NCBI GenBank assembly: GCA_951406725.2
Contig: OX597814.1
Span: 62,868,001-62,932,000, forward strand
Origin: Octopus vulgaris
Taxonomy: Eukaryota
Direction: 5' to 3'
DNA: 64,000 nt
The notes beneath the pieces were generated by a model that saw only the letters and a program-made list of their open reading frames with translations, searched no databases and was not told the DNA's origin. Position numbers and translations under genes: made by a program. Of this stretch, positions 53,361 through 64,000 are shown piece by piece (within the stretch, counting starts at the first letter, position 1; every line of letters begins with the position of its first letter).

Positions 53361-54119
53361 CATACACACACATATATATATACAAACATACATACACACA
53401 CATATATATATATATACTAGCATAGTGCTAGTGCATGTATATATGTGTATATATATGTGTACATATTACATGTACATCTATATATATATATACATCTACA
53501 CAAAATACAAAATACAAAGTTATATCTTGATATCACTAGTGATAACAATACTCAAAATATAAAACAGACTGGAATTGTAAGCCCGTCTCTTGCAATTTCG
53601 ATCAATTGTATCTTGTCCTCCCTCTTGTATAGAAGTGTGGCTACAATCCAGCCTACCTCTACTGCTGGGGGGGGGGTTAAATTTTTACCTGGGACGTAGG
53701 ACGTCCCGGATAAAGGTAAAAATAAAATATTTCCACTTTGCAAGTCCGAGTCGAGTACTCCCTTGCATGCTCCGTTGACTCGAACATTGCTTCTATCGTG
53801 GCGAATTTACCGCTTCTGGTTAGATATCTTTCATAGTCGCACCAAGACACTTTTCGATGGTGCTTTCCTCCAGGTTTTCAAGTCTTTTTTCTCTACATTG
53901 TATACTTCATAGACAATAGTCTTTTCTTTAATTTAATTTTTTATTATCCATCTGAACTATTCCATTTCTGCACGCTAATTTTATTTTTAATTTATTCCCA
54001 TTCATGTGAAACCACTTATTCAAGTTCAAGTCATTGATGCAATTTTGTACCAATTGCTATTTTTACTTTTGTTATGTTACGATTATATTATTGTTTTTTG
54101 TTTTTTTTTTGTTTGTTTT

Positions 54120-54328
54120 TCCAGTTTCAGCTCTTGAGCTGTGGCCATGCTGGGGCACCGCCATTGTGGTGAAAGAGTACAGCAGGGATCACCACCCCCT
54201 GCCGGAGCCTCGTAGAGCTTTTAGGTGTTTTCGCTCAATAAACACACACAACGCCCGGTCTGAGAATCGAAACCGCGATCCTGCGACCGCGAGTCCGCTG
54301 CCCTAACCACTAGGCCATTGCGCCTCTA
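54120..54328 (-). mobile_element. SINE family B head with a family A-like tail
   Basis: GTTTCAG...TGGCCATGCTGGGGCACCGCC fused to TTGTGGTGAAAGAGTACAGCAGGG. Confidence 0.75.
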
Positions 54329-54399
54329 CTTTAGTTTGATTTTAATTATTACTTACTACATATAATTCAATTGTTATTATTATTTTTATTGTTAAAGTG

Positions 54400-54642
54400 A
54401 AAGCATCTGACATAAAATAGAGAAATGTTTTTGTTTCACTTTTAACACGTAATACTGAAATAGTGGAGAAGATATGATGTTGCTATGGGCTCGCTCTAGG
54501 CAAGACGTTGAACATTTTTTTAGCCCATGAAACTACATGGACCCTAAGTAAGGCATGTGTAAAATTTGAATGAAATTGGTTGTGTAGTTCTCAAGTTTTA
54601 GGGAAATACACAGACAGACAGACATACAGACACACATTCTCA

Positions 54643-54655
<13 letters not shown>
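54400..54655 (-). mobile_element. Helitron-like 5' terminal fragment
   Basis: Reverse complement TATATAAAA...GTCTGTCTGTCTG...CAACCAATTTCATTCAAATTTTACAC resembles the 5' end of the 46542 element. Confidence 0.5.
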
Positions 54656-54725
<70 letters not shown>

Positions 54726-54814
54726 GTAAAATATAAATAATATATAGATATATGTATATATACATAAGTATATGTACATACCTACATATATATGCATATG
54801 CATATATATGTATA

Positions 54815-55180
54815 TGTACAGGACATAAAAATAAATAAAACGTTGAACACAATGAAAAACGAAAACAAAGACAAAAACATAGAAACAAACTTGTTTTCGA
54901 ACAACGAAAAAAGCAAACAGAGAAACAAGACATACAACATAAAGAATATTCCCCTTCTTCTGTTGTCCCTACTTCGCGTTTTCGAATGTAAGGACAAGAC
55001 GCGACTTAGTTGAAACAATCCTTCCCGCAAAGCAAATTAAATAAAATTTGAGATTTTTTTGCGGAGGATGAAAGTGGTAACAAGAACAGGACAGTGAGAA
55101 CAAATCGGTAAAAACAAACGTTGAGAGCTGTTGAGCCAAGACGATAAAAAAATTCTTCTGAACGCTAGGAGGACGATCTT
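54815..55180 (-). mobile_element. Repeat family D copy
   Basis: Collinear with 14850-15250. Confidence 0.7.
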
Positions 55181-55619
55181 ATGGAGGCGACACTATATAT
55201 ATATATATTATATTAAATTAGAGACAAAACTACTATTAGGCAAATCAAACAATGAAAAACTTAAGCCAATACATATGATTAATTTATATTATTTAAATAT
55301 ATAATAAAATTATAAAAAAAATATAATTAATATATATATATATATATATATATACATACATACATACATGCGTACATAATGGCTGCCCCCTCGTTATCGA
55401 GTATGGCCATACATACATACATACATACATACATACATACATACATACATACATACATACATACATGCATACATGCACACATACATACATACATACATAC
55501 ATACATACATACATACATACATACATACATACTTACATATATATATATATGTGTGTGTGTGTGTTATATATATATATATATATATACATCATACATATAT
55601 GCGCGTGTGTGTGTGTGTG

Positions 55620-55910
55620 TGTGGTCTAGTGCTATTGATTTTACGCTCACGTCGCCAGATCCTGGGTTCGAATTCCGGACCGTGCAGCGCAGTGTGTTCG
55701 CGAGTAGAACACTTTATTTCACGTTCTTCCAGTCCACTTACCCGCAAAGGGTAACCCTGCGGCGGACTAGCCTTCCTATCAGGATAAATGTTGGCCTGTT
55801 CGTCTAGCCTGTGGGGTAGCATCATTCGAAAGTTAAAACGATACAAAGTGCATTGTGTCTAGCGACGTATAACAACATGTGATAGTGTGGTTGATCATGT
55901 GTTCTCATGA
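55620..55910 (+). mobile_element. Diverged SINE, family B-related
   Basis: TGGTCTAGTG A-box-like, GGGTTCGAATTCC B-box, tail related to the 53079 copy. Confidence 0.6.
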
Positions 55911-55944
55911 TATATATACATATATAAGTATCTTTTATTGTTTA

Positions 55945-56365
55945 TCTTTTACTTGATTTAATCATTAGACTGTAACCATGCTGGGTGACGTCCTTGAAAA
56001 AATTTTAATGGAATGAAACAACGCGATTACTTATTTTTTAAAGCTTCGTATTTATTCTGTCGATCTTTTTTACGGAACCGCTAAGTTATGGAGTTATGAA
56101 TACATCAACATCGGTTGTCTAGCAGTGGTTGGAGACAAACATATACACAAAGACACTCCCTCTTTCTCTCTCTTTCTCACTCTCTCACACACACATGCAC
56201 ACGCGCACGTGCATGCATATTCGTATATACGTCAGGCTTCCCACTGTTTCCGTCTACCGAATCCACTCACAAGACTTTAGTTGGCACGATGCTATAGTAG
56301 AAGGTACCAGTCAGTGGGACTTAACGCTGAACCATGTGGTTGGGAAGCAAACTTCTATCCACAAG
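55945..56365 (-). mobile_element. SINE family A, diverged
   Basis: Reverse-complement match to head and tail. Confidence 0.7.
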
Positions 56366-56636
56366 TACAGCCATTCTTTTATTCTTTTCTATGCTTCAGC
56401 CCTGAGGCCGTGGCCATGCTGAGGCAGGCCGAAACAACTGTAAGATGTAATCTATACTCATAATTATATTTACTTATATTTATATTCTCTTTTATATATA
56501 TTCTACTTATTATACATCATTACTCTTTTATGTACACTTTTTTATGTAACCCTACGATCTCTTATGTGGTGGTTTAATAAAGTATGTGATTGAGTATTAT
56601 CGTGATATTTGATTTAGATGTATTTCTCCATTTTCT

Positions 56637-56688
<52 letters not shown>

Positions 56689-56756
56689 CATACATACACA
56701 CGTATATATACACATACACATACATACATGCATACATACATACATACATACATACA

Positions 56757-56792
<36 letters not shown>

Positions 56793-58699
56793 TACATACA
56801 TACATACATACATACATACATACATACATACATACATACATACCTGTATATATGTTCTCTACTAGAAGTGTGAAATAATTCTTCACTTTGATGTTGAATT
56901 GCTTTTACATATAAACATAAAAAACAAACATCCTCACTTGTGTGTATGTGGGTGGGTTTGTGTGTGTATTTGTGTGATGTGTGAGTTTGTAATTGTGTGT
57001 AAAGAAACAGAGTGGAGAATGAGTGATTATTGTTGCATAGGATAGATTATCGAACAACCAGCTGTTCATCTTCTGTCAACTATGCCGTTGTAACTGAAAC
57101 CATACAGCCCCAGGAATATTGCCAAGAGGCTTTTTAGTTAGCAATGCCCAGTACATTACTTCCCGTGGGTTCTTGCTCGTAGAAAAGTAATCTGAGCATC
57201 AGCAAGCTTATTTGCAGCAAGCCACACAATCACTCATTTGCACAAGGGAGTCATCACAAGCATTTGCTTTTTGAATATCATGTAAATTGAAATAGGATAT
57301 ACAGAATATCATAACAAGTTAAACCTAAAAAACTCCCTATCATTTTGTAAAACAAATGCCTTATCTGTAAAAGACAGTATACTGATGTTTATAAATAGTG
57401 CAGAAAATAAGTGAGATAAAAATAGTTAGGTTTTTAGTTTGAATAGCACATCACTGCTATCTAGCTCCATTTATGAGTGTGCGCGTTTGTTGTATGTGAG
57501 TATCTGTATGAGTCGTATGCGTGTGAGTGTTTGTGTGTGTGAAGTTGTAAGAAACATCTGTTATGATGTTTTCATAAGTTTATATTTCTATGAATGATGC
57601 ATGCATTAATATTTTTGATCGTAAAATGTTTCGTATGAGGAACACAATAATTACAGCAGTAAACTAATTAGCACTCATTGTTTCATTGGGGGAAAAATAT
57701 CGTTATGTCCCAATTTATCACTACAAAGTATCTCAGCTATATTGCCTTTTATATTTGTTCACTGTTAGATTGTTTCTGTTTATTTCTTTTGTTCTTTCCT
57801 TGAATAATTATTTGGTTATTTTTAACAATGGTCTGTTTTTCTTGCCTTCATTTAGCTTCCCAAAACAAATAAATGAATAAATATAACATTTTAAAGTTTG
57901 TTTGGACCCTGAGTACAAGCGGTATAATATTAGAAATTTTGCATAGTTTTATTACATTCATCATATAAAAAAATCGATGGATCAATGAATGAACAATAGT
58001 AGAGAGGAAATAAAGACATTGCAGTAATTTGTTGTTAAAACTGTAACAGAATTAACCTTGTTAGGAAGATTTAAGACAGAACACAACTGTTTGTGGTTGC
58101 ATATTGCTTTCCCTTCATATTTTACCTTCTCTTTATTTCAATAAAATATGAATGGGTGCAACATCGATTTTCCGGATAACTGATTTTTTTACGAACCAAA
58201 GGTGATCACCTCTAAATTAAATACAAAATTTACTTAAATAATTAAATGAAATACAGGTACATTAATACTTTAGTATAAATGATCCAAGTTTATTGATACT
58301 GTTCTGTACAAGAGACTATGAATCATGGTCGTTCAGTAACCTAGCTTAGAGGCCGCAGGAATTTGAGGTTCTTGCTCGTAAAATACTGTGAATTACAAGA
58401 GGCTCTGGTCCCGAAAGTCGGTGTTTTATCAGCATGAAGACTTAATCGACTATATTTTCGTATTTTACGATATAAATTTGCCTAAAGAATTCAGCTATAT
58501 CGATTCGTTAAAGTTCTCAGTCATAATGACACAAATCTATTAACAAAATCTGTGTTTCTTTTTCAGTTTTAACTTGAAATTGTTTTACATTAAGAAATGA
58601 TATAAGTGTTATAATATTCTTATACAGTTGATGTTACAACGTTCCTCAAGTAAAACATGAAGGTTAATTTAGGACATTTCAGTTGAATCACTGTGACTG

Positions 58700-61000
58700 C
58701 AGTAGATAAGTGTTATTTTCTGACCGGCAGATTGAGGACGTTGAAGGGGTTTCAATTCCGAACCGAGACCTATATTTCATTAAAAGAGTACTCATGTAAA
58801 TACTATTATGACCTAACCCGCACTTGTTTATCTAACTTAGTAAAAGAATGTTTTGACAAGGCAGTTACATATTGGGCGTATTGTGACCAACGGTGGAAGT
58901 CAATATCCAATAGTCTCATCGATACAATTTCTTTTGCCGTTTTCGCTAGAGTTGAGAGGCATTCTAGTGATAAGCCGACTTCTTGCCCTGGCTTCTTCTT
59001 CTTCTTCTTCTTCTTCTTCTTCTTCTTCTTCTTCTTCTTCTTCTTCTTCTTCTTCTTCTTCTTCTTCTTCTTCTTCTTCTTCTTCTTCTTCTTCTTCTTC
59101 TTCTTCATCTTCTTCATCTTCTTCTTCTTCTTCTTCTTCTTCTTCTTCTTCTTCTTCTTCACTTGCTGACTTCGTCCTCTCTGTCAGATCATCATCCGTT
59201 AACGGATCTAAGTGGGTCTCAATCAAATTATTAACGTTCTCGGTAGTCACATCAGTGAAATTATATCCTCTTAACAATTTTGCCAGTTTCACTGTCTTAT
59301 CTACTACAGAGTGATAGATTTCGTCAGGAGAAAATCCTTTATAGTCGTGGACCGCTTCTGGCCACAATTTCTTCCAGCTGGCATTCAAAGTTTCGTTCTT
59401 CATTTCCTTTAAGGCCTTCTGAATATTTTAGAGACATGAGGAAATGGTGTACCCACGCCAGTACTCCTTCAGCGAGGAGTAATCATCCGAGTTCATAGCT
59501 TCGACTAGGTGTTGCAGGGAGTTTCGCGTATAGAGCGCCCTAAAAGCACGAATAACGCCTTGATCCAAAGGCTGGATCAGTGACGTGGTGTTAGGCGGTA
59601 AGAATTCGATTTGTACACCCTCATAAAGAGATCGAGCGCGTGACCTCAAGCATTAGCCATTAGTTCTGTTTCAGAGAGATAAACCTTGACTTCGGAGATG
59701 AAGCACTGGTGAAATCAACCCGATATCAGTGGTTTCGTTATCCATGCCTTTTGATTGTGCATCCAATGCACTGGCAGCAGGTTCTTATTTTTGTTTTTGA
59801 GGGCCCTTGGGATTTTTAACTTAAATATAAGATCTGGCCTTATCATAAAGCACTCAGCATTTCCACACAGTATAATTGTGACGCGATCTTTGTACGCCTT
59901 AAATCTAGGTGCTCTGACTTCCTCCTTCATAATAAATGCCCACGACAGCATCCGTTTCCAAAAGAGGCCGGTCTCCTCCATATTGTAAACTTGTTCACGC
60001 GAATATCCCCCTGCCTCGACGATGGTCTTGAACGTCTCGTTCACGTATTCTTCAGCAGCGGTTTTTTTTTCAGCAGAAGCAGCTTCTCCATGCAGGGACA
60101 CATTCTCAAGGTTGAACTTCCTTTGAAATTTATCAGACCAGCCCTTGCTAGCATTAAATTCGGTTAATTTGGTGGGAGATGCCGTAGATGCTCCTAGTTC
60201 AGGGTCGTCTGGGTCGTCGTCACTGTCATCCGTAAATTTGCCGTATAGCTGCCTGACCTTTTCATGGATGTTGTTGGTATCTAGTGCAATGCTCTTCCTA
60301 CAGTCACTGATCCAAAGGGCTAATGCAGACTCCATCCCTACGATGGCCTTATTGCAGGAAGTTACCACTCTTTTCGTTGTCTTGTTAAAAATCATTTTTG
60401 CCGTCGCCCTTATGATTTTCCCGTCCTTCTTGATGTAGCGAATGGTAGATTCATTGATGATGTAATGGCGGCCTATATCCGCATACCTTCTCCCTTACTT
60501 AAGCTTGTCGAAGAGTCTCACCTTCTCTGCTATAGTAAGCATATTCCTCTCCTTTGAGGCTTGGGTTCAATGCCAGAGGCCTTAGAAGGTGTAGAACGTT
60601 TGGGCGACATCGTAGGGGTTGAAATAAATTCACAATTTGACACACAAATGCAAAACAACACCACACACTCACCTCCCGAGTTTTGTTTTCCATACAAAAT
60701 GTGCGATTCTTTGTTTACTCATCTATGGTACACTACGTATCTTCTTTTGATATATTTTAATTAATGTGTTGTACAGTGCAGTACTGTACTGTATTTTTAT
60801 TGGTTAATTTATTATTTTTTATTGCTTCTTTTATCACAAAAATAATTAAAATCTAAAAAAAAATATATAGATAAATATCTGTTGAAGAAACCCGCGATAT
60901 GCTGAGGAGTCCACGATATAAGTTTACGTATACTAGCCAGAAAACTCCGCAATGTACTGAGGGCGCAATAGGCGAACCGCGATATGGCGAGCGATTACTG
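58700..61000 (-). mobile_element. Tigger/pogo DNA transposon, transposase pseudogene
   Basis: 5' TIR CAGTAATCGCTCGCCATATCGCGG at 60977-61000 plus TA; ATG at 60610 (MSPKRS...LTIAEKV...INESTIRYIKK), FNASKGW, LHGEAASA, YNMEETGLFWKRM, KDRVT, FLPPNTTSLIQPLDQGVI, WKKLWPE; 3' TIR not recognised. Confidence 0.92.
58993..59160. repeat. (TTC)n expansion inside the Tigger acidic tract
   Basis: Reads as in-frame poly-Glu on the transposase strand. Confidence 0.95.
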
Positions 61001-61007
61001 TATATAT

Positions 61008-61128
61008 GACAGGGTTCATTCAGTTTCCGTTTACCAAATCCACTCACAAGGCTATTGTAGAAGACACTTACTTGCCTAAGGTGCCACATCTGAGCACTGA
61101 ACTCGGAATCATGTGGTTGGGAAGCAAT
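61008..61128 (-). mobile_element. SINE family A head fragment
   Basis: CAGTTTCCGTTTACCAAATCCACTCACAAGGC. Confidence 0.7.
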
Positions 61129-61864
61129 AACGCTTCCAAAAGGACATAGCAAATTTCCCTCGATGCACAGTAAATATGCCTTAGTAAACATCCCAGTGGA
61201 AGGTTATCAAAAATATGCTATCATGGTGTTTGAGTCCTACGAGTTTCCAATGAAAGGTCTTTTCCTGAAATCTAATAATTTATCATATTCATCCCATTTA
61301 TACGCAGAAATTGTCGATTGGTAATAACTTATTCAGTTTATATATCAGAATTTTGATGCATTATTTATGAGCTGGTGATTTTAACTGATAAGACGATTGC
61401 TTTTCTAAGTCGAACTCTAGCTTAACGATCAAAATATGTAAAAAATAAGTGAAAGATAATGCTTCATACATTGATGTGACATAGCAGAATCGCTTACCTT
61501 AAAGCATGTCGTACCCAATACTCGTTCATTGCCTCTTCCCGTCCTCTTCCTCTCCCCTCCTCCTCTTCCATCTCCATCGTCGTCGTCGTCGTCGTCGTCG
61601 TCATCATCATAATCATCATCATCATCATCATCATCATCAATAGCTGCAGAAGCAGCAGTGGTAGCAGCATTTTCCCCTCTCTGTTTTTTCTCGCTTACTG
61701 TATATATGACAGGGTTTATTGAAAATCTTCAATGAAGGAAAGGGTCACATTGAATATTTTCATATTCTTTCTGAAATATCATTCAGAGAGGATGAAGAAC
61801 CTCCCCCGCGTCCAAATGTAAGTTAATGGTTTTCCTTCTATGTAGCTAATGCCAAGAAAGAAGT

Positions 61865-61931
<67 letters not shown>

Positions 61932-62124
61932 ACAACAATTATGAGACGCCATAAATATTATTGAGAAACGGTACGTTGTGATGCTTCATGTATGATTCAC
62001 AGTACACTTAGCATTTCTATTTGGTAGTAATTTCGTTTTACTAAGGTATTACATTCCAGATTTATTAGGTAAGCTAAATGGAATACAGTTATATTAATAC
62101 CTTTCCAGAAAATATTAACTATAC

Positions 62125-62963
62125 TAGCTTAAAGTGACCCGCTCTACGCGCGAGTAAGAGTGTGGTTGTTACTTTCTGTTGCTTCCTTTCTGTTTTTTAT
62201 CACCACATTCTCCCTCTTTGTTTCTCTCTCCTTTCTCCTTTCTCTTACTTTCTCTACCTATCTCTCTCCCATTTATAAACAAGAAAAGATCTTGAGTAAG
62301 TTGAGGAAAAAATATTTTGAAAGATCAATCATAAATATCAGGCAGTGACAACGGAAAGGTCTGCTTCAAGGCAGACAGCAAAACACTAACATTTAAAAGG
62401 GACAGACGAACTTGCGAGCTGAATAAAAATTAAAAAAAATATTGGAAACCAAAGTTTGAAGTGATAGAATCTGAGGATAGTAGAGTCACCATGGCTGGCA
62501 TTTCTTAACGACGGACAGCAACGTAGTGGCAGTTTAACGGCTTGTGTAAAATTTTGATCTTGATGTAAAAGAAAATTCCTAAATACCAAGTTTTGAAGAG
62601 ATTCTTTCTCACGGCAGTAAACTCACCATGGCAAGCATTCAAAACTTCTTCATCATGGACGGCAACACATTGACGATTTAAAGGCTGGAGCAAATTTTTT
62701 TGTTTGATGTAACAGAAAATTCCTAAACACCCGCTCCTATAAATTTTAATCCCCTTCCAGCCTCATTTAGATCCCTTTTCACATTTTGGTTAATATAACC
62801 CGATTTCATTCGGGTTACTCGGGACACATTTTATAAGATGAGGAAATTTTTTCCTAGAGGTCACGCCTCTCATTTGAGGAAAGAAATAGTTGCCATGCAA
62901 ACTCGCCAGCACTTTTAACATAGGTGTGCATATTTTCAGCTCAACCGACCAAATAATGCACAC

Positions 62964-62968
<5 letters not shown>
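62125..62968 (-). mobile_element. Non-autonomous Helitron with an internal tandem duplication of about 140 bp
   Basis: A-CTAG at 62124-62128 followed by hairpin ACCCGC-TCTAC-GCGCGAGT; repeat units about 62446-62580 and 62581-62730; 5'-like motif near 62930-62960. Confidence 0.65.
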
Positions 62969-63012
<44 letters not shown>

Positions 63013-63055
63013 GCATTAAATATACATATGTACATATATACGTATTATATATATA

Positions 63056-63105
<50 letters not shown>

Positions 63106-63248
63106 ACGTATTATATATATATATACAGATTGTATATATATATATATATATATCAATTAACCCACTAAATATCTGATTCATAATATCTGTTCTCGTGATT
63201 GTGTGGTGGTGGTGGCGATGATAATTCTCTCTATGAATGCAGACAGAC

Positions 63249-63283
<35 letters not shown>

Positions 63284-64000
63284 ATAGGTGAAAGAGTGAG
63301 AGCGCTGGCGAAGGGGGTGGGAGAAAGATAGTAGACGCTGTCAAACGTCGTTATAGAGAGAAAGTGAAAGGAGGGAGGAGAGAGAGAGAGAGAGAGAGAC
63401 GGAGGAAGACCGGCAGATAAGAGAATTAGAGAAGCGAGAAAGACTTGTCAAAGTGTGGAGTTTTTTGCACTAGTAACCACAGCTTTTGAGATAGGGATTT
63501 CTAACCTAGCCCACTCACAACCACACCTCATTTTACACGTCCCTGTCAATTTTGGAGTGAATCCGACGGCATCTAGTGCCCTTTAACCCGTTACAATGCC
63601 AAAACCAGACAAACAAACAAACTTTCTCATTTTAGATTTATCGATATTGATATTTGAAGTGCTTTACAGTGTTTATATTAATTTTGTTTCGATGTTTCTT
63701 TGATTTACTAGTCGGAGAGAAAGTGTCATGGGTAATACATATCAAGGCATTTATGGATAGTTTCATATGATTAAGTGGCGTTCCATTTAAGATTCAAAAT
63801 TTGAGGTCTTTGTAAAACAGACTGGATTTTGATTCATGAATGAATCAACATAACAAACAAACCCCTGTTGATATATGCATAATACCAGTTTATAATCAAT
63901 CTTTGTTGAATGCTAGCTTTAAAATTAAGTGTTTAGTTTGAGTCGCCACGCAGATACATCTAAAGTTACATTGCAGTTAGTTTCCATAAAGACTCTCATT

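Noticed and set aside
57041-57137. Possible terminal exon (IDYRTTSCSSSVNYAVVTETIQPQEYCQEAF*)
   Set aside because: Short, weak acceptor, no homology or partner exons

Overview
AT-rich, microsatellite-saturated eukaryotic genomic DNA; the tRNA-derived SINE families look like those of an octopus (inference). I can support no intact host protein-coding gene, and most ORFs in the track are microsatellite artefacts. The window is a transposon graveyard: three SINE families (about 30 copies or fragments), a 5'-truncated L1/Tx1 LINE sitting in (TATC)n, Penelope-like elements (PLEs), a fossil Helitron helicase plus non-autonomous Helitrons, a maT-like Tc1/mariner, a Tigger/pogo element, and hAT and piggyBac-like remnants. 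The most striking unexplained structure is at about 28.5-31.5 kb: a cluster of short (TA)n-flanked fold-back elements, several carrying type I hammerhead ribozyme (HHR) folds. One of them (28759-29357) has three HHRs arranged +/-/+ and could release a 437-nt rod-like RNA with ribozymes in both polarities. All folds, translations and alignments were done by eye; repeat boundaries are approximate.
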